From the NCBI GenBank assembly GCA_963783375.1, contig CAWANH010000001.1, positions 96,001-160,000 of the forward strand: a stretch of DNA of 64,000 nucleotides, in the 5' to 3' direction. Both the position numbers and the translations under genes were made by a program. Shown one piece after another: positions 9,482 to 17,920 of this stretch; position 1 is the stretch's first letter; each line of letters begins with the position of its first letter. The notes under the pieces were generated by a model. That model worked only from the letters and a program-made list of their open reading frames with translations. It had not been told where the DNA came from and did no database searches. Origin of the DNA: Candidatus Eiseniibacteriota bacterium (GTDB lineage: Bacteria; Eisenbacteria; RBG-16-71-46; JABDJR01).

Positions 9482-10576
9482 TCAGCCGCCCAGGAGTTCC
9501 TCGGTGGCCAACGAGCAGCCGCGAAGTTCCGTCCCCCGGGCCCGGCCGTGGAAGACGAACCCCCCCGGCGCCTCGGCCCCCAGATCCTCGGTCACGATCG
9601 CCGCCACCGTCCAGGCGTTGGCCAGGTCGAAGTGGGCCAGGAGGCCGGTCCGCCCGGGCGGGAGCGGGTCCAGGGTGTCGGGGTCGAACGCCCGGGTGCG
9701 CACCCAGGGGGGCGCCTGGTGGACCCGCTCGACCGGGGCGCGGCCGGTCTCCGCGAACGTCCGGAGCGACGGCTCGTAGAACTGCGAGCTCATCTCGGTC
9801 ATCCCGTACTCCCCCACCACGTACGCCGGGGGGACCCCCAGCGCCGACCGATAGCGGTCGAGGAGATCCTCCCGGGACACCTCCCGCGCGCGGCCCTTGA
9901 ACCCGCCGGTGTCCATGATGCGGCTTCCCGGGGGCAGCGTGAACCGTGTCCCCTGCGCCTCCAGCACCCCCAGGAACTCCGCGAAGCCGAGCGCGGTCCC
10001 CAGGAGCATCACCGGCTCGCCCTCGTCCCCGGCTCGTTCCAGCGCGGCCAGGAGCTCCGCCGCGCAAAGCCCCCCCCGGTCCAGGAACACACCGCTCCCC
10101 GGGGCCCCGAACCGCGCGAGAACCGCGTCGGCCATGTAGGAGAGCGAGCTGTCCGGGAGTTCCCGGCCCTCCGGGATGAGGGAGACGACGCGCATCGCCC
10201 CCCGGTCGGGAAGGAGATGCCGCCGGAACGGCTCCACCCAGGCCGCGTCGTAGAGGGCCAGCTCCGGGAGATGGTGCGCCCCCCGCGCCGCCTCCCCCCG
10301 GGTGGTGCCGCTGGTCTTGAACACGCGCCGCGCCGGGGCGCAGGCCAGCACCGCCTCCTTGAACGCGGCGGTGGGAACCGCGGGCACGTCCTCCCAGCCC
10401 CCGACGGTGCGCGGCGAGATCCCGCGATGCTCGCAGAATCGGCGATAGGGAGCGTTCTCGCGGTACTGGAAGGCGAACACCGCCAGGGCCGCCTCCTCGA
10501 ACCGGTCCGAGGCCGGCTCGCGGATGAGAGCCAGGGCGCGCGCCACCTCGGGGGGGCGGACCGACGCGCCGGTCAC
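9482..10576 (-). CDS. LuxE-like acyl-protein synthetase
   Basis: FAFQY.EN.PYRRFC, FKTSGTT, SSLSYM, MDTGGFKGR, EYGMTEMSSQFY, TEDLG, ELRGCS. Start GTG at 10576 is tentative. Confidence 0.85.
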   Translation of the reverse strand: MTGASVRPPEVARALALIREPASDRFEEAALAVFAFQYRENAPYRRFCEHRGISPRTVGGWEDVPAVPTAAFKEAVLACAPARRVFKTSGTTRGEAARGAHHLPELALYDAAWVEPFRRHLLPDRGAMRVVSLIPEGRELPDSSLSYMADAVLARFGAPGSGVFLDRGGLCAAELLAALERAGDEGEPVMLLGTALGFAEFLGVLEAQGTRFTLPPGSRIMDTGGFKGRAREVSREDLLDRYRSALGVPPAYVVGEYGMTEMSSQFYEPSLRTFAETGRAPVERVHQAPPWVRTRAFDPDTLDPLPPGRTGLLAHFDLANAWTVAAIVTEDLGAEAPGGFVFHGRARGTELRGCSLATEELLGG

Positions 10577-10628
10577 CGCCCGCGCTCCCGGACATCCCAC
10601 CGCGCGAATCTCTCTCCTACGTCCGCCC

Positions 10629-11411
10629 TCACCGGAAGATCCGCCGGCGCATCCGGGCCACCGCCCATACCGAGGCCCCCGTCGCGGCCACCAGGATCCA
10701 CACCACATCCCCCCAGTTCCCCGTGCTCCAGGTTCCGTGCACCGTCCCCTTGGCGAGGTTCACGCAGTGGTAGAGCGGGGTGAACCAGGCGGCGATCCGG
10801 GCCCAGGGGGGAAGCCCGCTCACCGGGAAGAAGATGCCGCTGAACAGGAAGAGCGGGGTGAGCCAGATGGTGTAGTAGAACGAGTAGACGTCGATCACCT
10901 TGACGTAGCTGGTGAAGAGAAGGCCGAAGGCGGCGAAGAGCCACGCCGTCATCACGATCACCGGGACGATGAGGAGACCGGTCCAGCTCCGGGCCAGCCC
11001 CATCGCCGCCACCACCAGGGCGAAGATCCCCCCGTAGGCGACGCCCCGCGTCACCGCCCACAGGAGCTCGCCCACCATGGCGTCCTCCAGGTTCACCGGG
11101 GTGGCGGTGATGGCCTCGTAGTTCTTCCCGAAGTACATCTTCACGAAGATGTTGTAGGTGGTCTCGAAGCTCCCCCCGTTCATGGCGCTGGCCGCGATCA
11201 GCCCGGGGGCGATGTACTGGAGATAGCTGAACCCCTCGATGTTCCGGGTGATGTAGGCGCCGAGACCGACCCCCATGGCCACCAGGTAGATCACCGGCTC
11301 GAAGAAGTTGGGGAGGATGTTGAGCTTCCAGGTGTGCCGGTACACGGTGAAGTTCCGCATCCACACGTGTCCCGCGCCCCGGAACGAGATCAACGGCCCG
11401 GCTCCGGTCAC
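10629..11411 (-). CDS. ABC-2 type transporter permease (NodJ-like)
   Basis: EPVIYLVAMGVGLG, YLQYIAPGLIA, FLFSGIFFPV..LP.W, PLYH; six hydrophobic segments; GTGA overlap with the ATPase stop. Confidence 0.88.
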   Translation of the reverse strand: MTGAGPLISFRGAGHVWMRNFTVYRHTWKLNILPNFFEPVIYLVAMGVGLGAYITRNIEGFSYLQYIAPGLIAASAMNGGSFETTYNIFVKMYFGKNYEAITATPVNLEDAMVGELLWAVTRGVAYGGIFALVVAAMGLARSWTGLLIVPVIVMTAWLFAAFGLLFTSYVKVIDVYSFYYTIWLTPLFLFSGIFFPVSGLPPWARIAAWFTPLYHCVNLAKGTVHGTWSTGNWGDVVWILVAATGASVWAVARMRRRIFR

Positions 11412-12340
11412 TCGGTGAGCCTCCTTCCGGTGAGCTTCAGGAACACGTCCTCCAGGGTGGCCCGGCGGGCGTAGAGCTCCAGGTGGTCCAGCTTCCGGCC
11501 GGTGAGATCGTGAAGAAGGCCCTCGGCGTCGTCGGTGAAGAGAAGCAGGCGCTCCTCCAGCATCTCCGCCCCCGCCACCTTGTCCGCGTAGGCCTCGCGG
11601 ACCCGGCGGCGCACGTCGGGGGGCGCACTGATCTCCACCACGTCCCGGGCCACGTTGGCGCGAATGAGTTCCCGGGGCGTGCCCTGGGCCACGATCTTTC
11701 CCCGCTCCATCACCACCAGCCGGTCGCAGAGCTGCTCCGCCTCGTCCATGTAGTGGGTGGTGAGCAGGAGAGTCCGGTCCTGGCCCTTGAGCTGGCGGAG
11801 CTTCTCCCACACCAGGTGGCGCGCCTGGGGGTCGAGCCCGGTGGTGGGCTCGTCCAGGATCACCGCCCCGGGCTCGTTCATGAGGGCGCGGGCGATGAGG
11901 AGCCGCCGGCGCATCCCCCCCGAGAGCACCCGCACGCTCACGTCGATCTTCTCCCGGAGCTGGATGAACTCCACCAGCTCCGCCGCCCGCCGGCGAACCA
12001 TCGCGCGGGTGAGGTCGAAGTAGCGCCCGTAGATCTCCAGGTTCTCCCGCACGCTCAGGTCCAGATCGAGGTTGTCCTCCTGGGGGACCACCCCCAGCCG
12101 CCGCTTCACCTCCCGGGGGTTCTGCGCCACCTCCATCCCGAGGACCTGAAGCTCCCCGCCCCCGACCGGGGTGGAGCACCCGACCATGCGCATGGTGGTG
12201 GTCTTCCCCGCCCCGTTCGGACCCAGGAACCCGAAGCACTCCCCGGAGCGGGTGTCGAAGTCGATCCCGTCCACCGCGGCGAAGGAGCCGTAGTGCTTGC
12301 TGAGCCCGCGGGCCCGGACGGTGATGTCGCGCGCGTCCAT
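11408..12340 (-). CDS. ABC transporter ATP-binding protein (NodI-like)
   Basis: GPNGAGKTT, LSGGM, ILDEPTTGLD, TTHYMDEAE, ATLEDVFLKLTG. Confidence 0.92.
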   Translation of the reverse strand: MDARDITVRARGLSKHYGSFAAVDGIDFDTRSGECFGFLGPNGAGKTTTMRMVGCSTPVGGGELQVLGMEVAQNPREVKRRLGVVPQEDNLDLDLSVRENLEIYGRYFDLTRAMVRRRAAELVEFIQLREKIDVSVRVLSGGMRRRLLIARALMNEPGAVILDEPTTGLDPQARHLVWEKLRQLKGQDRTLLLTTHYMDEAEQLCDRLVVMERGKIVAQGTPRELIRANVARDVVEISAPPDVRRRVREAYADKVAGAEMLEERLLLFTDDAEGLLHDLTGRKLDHLELYARRATLEDVFLKLTGRRLTE

Positions 12341-12341
12341 G

Positions 12342-12377
12342 GTGATCGGAATCCCCCCCCCGTGATCGGAATCCCCC
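12342..12377. repeat. 16-bp direct repeat GTGATCGGAATCCCCC x2 (period 20)
   Basis: Copies at 12342-12357 and 12362-12377, abutting the start codon of the ABC ATPase. Confidence 0.7.
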
Positions 12378-12513
12378 GGCCGTCCGCGATCCGGGGCGCA
12401 GCCGCCCATGGTATCGCATGGGGGGAGAGCCCGCCGAGGCCTCGACGCCGCCGCCGGGCGTCTCCCGGGGAGGCCCCCGCCGCGCGGGGCGGACCGCCGG
12501 ATCAGCGAGTTCG

Positions 12514-14181
12514 CTAACGGAGGAGCACGAACTTGGCCTGGTAGGGCACCGGAAACCCCTCGAGCCGGGCCACGTAGACGCCGGCGGGCGCCATCCGGCC
12601 GGCCAGATCACGCCCGTTCCAGACCACCGTGCCGTGGCTGAGCCCGCCCGTCACCGGAAGCCGGGAGAGGAGGCGGCCGTCCGTCCCGTAGATCGCCACC
12701 GAGGGGTCCATTCCGGCCAACCCCGTCCACTCCAGCTCCGCCCGCCCCCGGGCCGGGTTTTGAAGAGCGCGGACCAGGTGCCCCATCACTCCCCCGTCGT
12801 CGGGAGGCTGGATCACCTCGTCGCCCCCCCCCGCGGCGGACAGGGCCAGCCGGTCCAGCAGGTTGGCGGTGATCCGGGCCACCGAAGGGTCGGACGCCAG
12901 CCCCTGGGCCCAGTCTATGGTGGCCGCGGTGAACACCGTCCCCCCGTCCGGGTGGACGTAGAGGCCCATGGTGGCGTTTCCCATGCTGGCCGGAGAAAGC
13001 CCCAGGATGGTGAAGCCGGCGGGAGTCCCGTCCCCGCCGGTGGCCACCGGGAGGCCGTTCTCCCAGGTGAACAGCGCCCCGTCGGTCTCGTACCCCACGA
13101 TGGTGGCGGCCCGGCCGAAGGTATCCCCGTCGGAAAGCCCGGTTCCCTCGTAGACCCAGTGGTCCGACCGGTGGACGGTGTAGCCGCCGTGACCCTGGGA
13201 GGCCGGGTAGAACCCGTGATCGTTGACGTAGCCGCCGTTCCGGTAGCTCACCCCGGTCATGGCGTTCTCGGGACGGAAGACCGGGTCGGCGTACCAGTTG
13301 ACGGTGACCCGGGACCGGTCCGTGCGGTAGAACGGATCGCGGTTCTTGTCCTTGTAGCAATAGATCCGGTCCCGCGAGTCCGAGAAGCGGATCTGCCACC
13401 AGGAAACGTTGCCGCTCAGGAAGGCGACGTTCCCGCCGGCGGCGATGCGCTCCTCCAGGTGGTCGCGCATCTCCCTGGACCAGTACTCGTCGTGACCGAC
13501 GCTCAGGAACAAGGGATATCGGGCCGGGAGATCCGGATCGTCGTGGAGGTCGACCCCGGTGCAATAGGCCACCCGATAGCCCGAGCCTTCCAGCCACCGG
13601 ATCATGGGGAGCTCCCAACTCAGGAACTGGCCCCGCCCGTCCTGGCCCTTGAACGGCCGCTGGAACGACACCACGTAGTTGTTCATGCCGCCGGGGGCGA
13701 GCGGGGTGTAGAGGCTGAACCCGCCCCAGTCGTTGTAGGCCTCCCAGGTGAGGAGCGAGGTCTGGAAGAGGATGGTCGCGTCCCGTCCCGGTTTGGCCTC
13801 CCGGACCACGAAGATCGCGTAGGCCGGGGAGGCGCCGGAGGCGTCCAGCCGCACCGTGTAGACCCCGCTCGGCCAATCCGGGGGGATCCGGACGGCGAAG
13901 GAGGGGACCCAGCCGCACCCGTCATCCCAGGGCCGCCCGGGGACCGGCTGGAGCGAGCCGGGAATCCCCGGAAGGGTCAGGTGGACCACGCCGGCCGCCC
14001 CCTCCCGGATGAAGGTCGCGTCGAAGGTGGCGGCGTCGGTGGAGACGTGGATCCGGACCGAATCGCCCGGAGCCACCGAGGTGGGCCACGCGTACCCCTG
14101 GACGGTGGCCGCGCCCGCGGGGTGGCCGAGGAGAAGAACCGCCGCCAGACCGCATCCCGCGAACCCAGCGCGCTTGTCCAT
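12514..14181 (-). CDS. Secreted N,N-dimethylformamidase beta-subunit-like protein with C-terminal FlgD-Ig/T9SS-like tail
   Basis: Signal peptide; WPSGVY, TWEAYNDWGG.SLY, VSFQRP, SVGHDEYWS, VGYETD, VFTAATIDW; tail VVWNGRDLAGR..PAGVYVARL...KFVLLR. Confidence 0.8.
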   Translation of the reverse strand: MDKRAGFAGCGLAAVLLLGHPAGAATVQGYAWPTSVAPGDSVRIHVSTDAATFDATFIREGAAGVVHLTLPGIPGSLQPVPGRPWDDGCGWVPSFAVRIPPDWPSGVYTVRLDASGASPAYAIFVVREAKPGRDATILFQTSLLTWEAYNDWGGFSLYTPLAPGGMNNYVVSFQRPFKGQDGRGQFLSWELPMIRWLEGSGYRVAYCTGVDLHDDPDLPARYPLFLSVGHDEYWSREMRDHLEERIAAGGNVAFLSGNVSWWQIRFSDSRDRIYCYKDKNRDPFYRTDRSRVTVNWYADPVFRPENAMTGVSYRNGGYVNDHGFYPASQGHGGYTVHRSDHWVYEGTGLSDGDTFGRAATIVGYETDGALFTWENGLPVATGGDGTPAGFTILGLSPASMGNATMGLYVHPDGGTVFTAATIDWAQGLASDPSVARITANLLDRLALSAAGGGDEVIQPPDDGGVMGHLVRALQNPARGRAELEWTGLAGMDPSVAIYGTDGRLLSRLPVTGGLSHGTVVWNGRDLAGRMAPAGVYVARLEGFPVPYQAKFVLLR

Positions 14182-14681
14182 CGAATCCCCCCCCCTTTCG
14201 GGGGAAAAGAGCCGCCGCATCCCGGCGGTCCGGCGCCGCCCGGTTCCCGGGGGATCCCGGTGCCGGTCCGGCGCCTCGAAACGGACCCGACCCCCAAAAA
14301 AACGCGGCGCGCACCGTGCGCAACCACGACTCACCAGGGTACTCGGGTTCGGGTGTCCTTCGCTCGGTCACTCCCGGCGCCAGGCGCCCCGGAACCTGCC
14401 GCAGTATACACCCGGGTCTCCTCCCCGGCGCGGCCGGCGGGGGCGGAAGCCCGGGAGCCCCCCGCCGAGGGTATCCGGGCTTCCGGCCGATACCGGCTGA
14501 AATTGACTTATCCAATCTCTCGTCCCCGGTCGGGCTCGCCGTCCATGGAACTGCTCGATTCGCCGGTATACAATCGGGGCCGCACGCAAGGCTCCAGCGG
14601 TTTGCCGGGTCCCCGGTCAAGGGCGGGAGGTGCGATCCAGTCGCCGGCCGCGCCGGCGGCAGCGGACAAGGAGTGTCGGGA

Positions 14682-15965
14682 ATGACCAAGCCGTTCAACT
14701 CGTTCGAGATGGCCCAGGCCCAGTTCGACTCGGTGGCCTCCCTGCTGGAACTGGAGGAGGCCGCGCGGGAGCTGCTCCGCCACCCCATGCGGGAGTACAC
14801 CTTCGCCATTCCGATCCGGCTGGACGACGGCCGGATGAAGGTGTTCCACGGGTTCCGGGTACAGCACAACGACGCCAAGGGACCGTGCAAGGGCGGGATC
14901 CGCTTCCACCCGCTGGAGACCCTGGATACCGTCCGCGCCCTGGCCATGTGGATGACCTGGAAGTGCGCGGTGGTGGACATCCCCCTGGGGGGCGGCAAGG
15001 GCGGGGTGATCTGCGATCCCCACAACCTGAGCGCGCGCGAGCAGGAATCGATCTGCCGCGGCTTCGTGCGCCGCATGGCCTACGAGATGGGGCCCAACCG
15101 GGACGTTCCCGCTCCCGACGTCATGACCTCCTCCCAGCACATGCTGTGGATGTTGGACGAGTTCGAGGCGATCCACGGCTCCAAGCAGCCCGGGTTCATC
15201 ACCGGGAAGCCGGTGGCGGTGGGCGGGTCCCAGGGACGAACCGAGGCCACCGGATTCGGGTTGATCTTCACCCTCCGCGAGGCGATGAAGGAACTGGGGC
15301 TCAGGCCCCAGGACACCGTGGCCAGCGTGCAGGGCTTCGGGAACGTCGCCCAGTACGCCATCCGGCTGTTCGATCAGATCGGCGGCCGGACCCAGGCCGT
15401 CTCCTGCTGGAACCAGGCGGATCAGACGAGCTACACCTACCGGAAGGCCGGAGGGATCGACCTGGACGAGCTCCTGAAGATCACCGACCGGTTCGGGGAG
15501 ATCCACGCCGGCCGGGCCCAGGAACTGGGCTACGAGGCGCTTCCCGCCGACGCATGGCTGGAGGAGGACGTGGACATCCTGATCCCCGCCGCCATGGAGA
15601 ACCAGATCACGGAAGAAAACGTGGGCCTGATCAAGGACCGGGTGAAGATCATCGCGGAAGGGGCCAATGGTCCCACCTCCACCGAGGCGGACGAGACGAT
15701 CCGGGCCCGGGGGATCTTCCTCATCCCCGACCTTCTGGCCAACGCCGGCGGCGTCACCTGCAGCTACTTCGAACAGGTCCAGAGCAACATGAACTACTAC
15801 TGGGACAAGGAAGAGGTCCTGGGAAAACTGGACATGAAGATGACGGCGGCGTTCCACGCGGTAAGCCGGCTGGCCAAGGAGCGCGAGCTCTACATGCGGA
15901 AGGCCGCCTACGTCATCGCCGTCGACCGGGTGGCCCAGGCCTGCCGGGACCGGGGTTGGCTGTAG
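14682..15965 (+). CDS. Glutamate dehydrogenase (Glu/Leu/Phe/Val family, archaeal/Bacillus-like clade)
   Basis: GFRVQHN, GPCKGGIRFHP, MTWKCA, GGGKGG, DVPAPDV, TGKP, GFGNVA, EGANGP, ANAGGVTCSYFE; AAGGAG RBS before ATG 14682. Confidence 0.92.
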   Translation: MTKPFNSFEMAQAQFDSVASLLELEEAARELLRHPMREYTFAIPIRLDDGRMKVFHGFRVQHNDAKGPCKGGIRFHPLETLDTVRALAMWMTWKCAVVDIPLGGGKGGVICDPHNLSAREQESICRGFVRRMAYEMGPNRDVPAPDVMTSSQHMLWMLDEFEAIHGSKQPGFITGKPVAVGGSQGRTEATGFGLIFTLREAMKELGLRPQDTVASVQGFGNVAQYAIRLFDQIGGRTQAVSCWNQADQTSYTYRKAGGIDLDELLKITDRFGEIHAGRAQELGYEALPADAWLEEDVDILIPAAMENQITEENVGLIKDRVKIIAEGANGPTSTEADETIRARGIFLIPDLLANAGGVTCSYFEQVQSNMNYYWDKEEVLGKLDMKMTAAFHAVSRLAKERELYMRKAAYVIAVDRVAQACRDRGWL

Positions 15966-16077
15966 ATCCCGGGGGCGCGCAGCCGGGGGGGAGGATCGAG
16001 TATCCGGAAGAACGGCGAGTAGGCTTCCCCGATGGGAAGACCAGGAACGGGACCGGGGGAAAGGAGGCCGTGAGATC

Positions 16078-17841
16078 ATGAGCGGTGCGGGTACCGGTCG
16101 GCCTTCAGTGCCTTATTTCCGCCGCGGCTTCTTCCGTTCCGGCGAGCCGGTGAGCCGGATCGGGGACGGGGAGATCGGCGGCAAGGCGCGGGGCCTGGTC
16201 CTGGCCCGGGACCTCCTGCGGGAGGAGTTCGCCCCGACCGCATTCCCCAACCTGGAAATCCGCGTCCCCCACCTGGTGGTTCTGGCCACCGACGTCTTCG
16301 ACGCGTTCATGGAACGGAACCACCTTCACGAAACGGCGGTGGCGGACCTCCCCGACGAGCAGATCGCCCAGGCATTCCAGGCCGCATCGCTGCCCACCGA
16401 GATCCTGGGAGATCTCCGGGTCCTGGTGGAGGAGCTTCATCTTCCGATGGCCGTTCGGTCATCCAGCCTCCTCGAGGATGCCCTCTTCCGGCCGTTCGCC
16501 GGGGTCTACGAAACGAAGATGACGCCCAACGACCAGCCGGATCCCAACGCCCGCTTCCAGAAGCTCACCGAAGCCATCAAGTTCGTCTACGCCTCGACGT
16601 TCTTCAAGGCGGCCAAGGATTACATCCGAGCCACGCGGGAGCCGGTGGAGCGGGAGAAGATGGCGGTGATCCTCCAGGAGGTCGTCGGGTCCCGCTACGA
16701 CGTCCGCTTCTACCCCACCCTTTCGGGGGTGGGGCGTTCCTACAACTTCTACCCCGGTCCGGGGGCCAGGCGCGAGGAGGGGGTGGTCGAGCTGGCCCTG
16801 GGGCTGGGCAAGACCATCGTGGACGGCGGGCTCTGCTATTCGTACTCCCCCGCGCGGCCCCAATCCCCTCCTCCCTTCGCCTCTCCCGCCGAGTTCATGC
16901 GGAACACCCAGAAGACGTTCTGGGCGGTGAACATGGGAACCCCCCCCGTCTTCAATCCCATCCTGGAGACCGAGTACCTGGGCGAGGCCGGACTGGCGGA
17001 GGCGGAGTACGACGGGACCCTGCGATTCCTCTGCTCGACCTATCTTCCCGATTCCGGACGCCTGTCCCCCGGCGTCGGCAGCCCGGGTCCGCGCGTCCTC
17101 AACTTCGCCCCGCTGCTCGTGCTCGAGGAGTACCCGTTCAACCCGGCCATCCGGGCCCTCATGGACGCGGCCGGGCGGAAGGTGGGAAAGGCGGTGGAGA
17201 TCGAGTTCGCCATGACCCTTCCCCGGTCGGATTCGTCCCAGCCCGCCCAGCTCGGGTTCCTCCAGGTCCGGCCGATGCTGGTCTCCGACCGGCCGGTCGA
17301 GGTCACCGAGAAGGAACTCGCCCGCCCGGACCTCCTCCTGGCCTCGGACAAGGTGATGGGCAACGGCTCGCTGGACACCATCGAGGACGTGGTGTACGTC
17401 AGGCCCGACACCTTCGACGCCCGGTACACGCGCACCATCTCCGAGGAGCTCGAGCGACTGAACCTCCCGCTTTTCACCGAGGCCCGGCCCTACCTCCTGA
17501 TCGGCTTCGGCCGCTGGGGGAGCTCCGATCCCTGGCTGGGCATCCCCGTCCGCTGGGGACAGATCTCCGGGGCCAAGGTCATCGTGGAGGCGACGCGGCC
17601 CGACATGAACGTGGAGGCCAGTCAGGGCTCGCACTTCTTCCACAACATCTCCAGTTTCGAGGTCGCCTACTTCATGGTGAGCCACTCCCGCTCGCCGGGC
17701 ATCGACTGGGACTGGCTGGGGGGGAACGAGATCGTCACTGAAACCGAGTTCGTCCGCCACGTCAGGCTGGCCGCCCCGCTCCGGGTCAAGGTGGACGGCC
17801 GGACGGGACGGGGGGCGGTCTGGCGCTCCTCGGAGACGTGA
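16078..17841 (+). CDS. PPDK_N/ATP-grasp (PEP synthase N-terminal-like) protein lacking the pyruvate-binding barrel
   Basis: GGKARGL, AVRSSSLLED, FAGVY, MAVILQ, GLGKTIVDG, EIEFA, LQVRP; C-terminal GRWGSSDPWLG...SQGSHFF. Confidence 0.85.
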   Translation: MSGAGTGRPSVPYFRRGFFRSGEPVSRIGDGEIGGKARGLVLARDLLREEFAPTAFPNLEIRVPHLVVLATDVFDAFMERNHLHETAVADLPDEQIAQAFQAASLPTEILGDLRVLVEELHLPMAVRSSSLLEDALFRPFAGVYETKMTPNDQPDPNARFQKLTEAIKFVYASTFFKAAKDYIRATREPVEREKMAVILQEVVGSRYDVRFYPTLSGVGRSYNFYPGPGARREEGVVELALGLGKTIVDGGLCYSYSPARPQSPPPFASPAEFMRNTQKTFWAVNMGTPPVFNPILETEYLGEAGLAEAEYDGTLRFLCSTYLPDSGRLSPGVGSPGPRVLNFAPLLVLEEYPFNPAIRALMDAAGRKVGKAVEIEFAMTLPRSDSSQPAQLGFLQVRPMLVSDRPVEVTEKELARPDLLLASDKVMGNGSLDTIEDVVYVRPDTFDARYTRTISEELERLNLPLFTEARPYLLIGFGRWGSSDPWLGIPVRWGQISGAKVIVEATRPDMNVEASQGSHFFHNISSFEVAYFMVSHSRSPGIDWDWLGGNEIVTETEFVRHVRLAAPLRVKVDGRTGRGAVWRSSET

Positions 17842-17920
17842 TCGCAACTTGCGGCCGGGACGCCGGCCCGCACCGACACGCATTCCACGGGTTCCGAGTC
17901 CCTAACCGAAGTTGGACACG

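Noticed and set aside
8122-10576. Bioluminescence (lux) operon
   Set aside because: Only LuxC/LuxE-like genes are present; no luciferase luxA/B or luxD.
14682-15965. Leucine dehydrogenase feeding the liu operon
   Set aside because: Retains the GPxKGG lysine of glutamate-specific enzymes; LeuDH has GPALGG.
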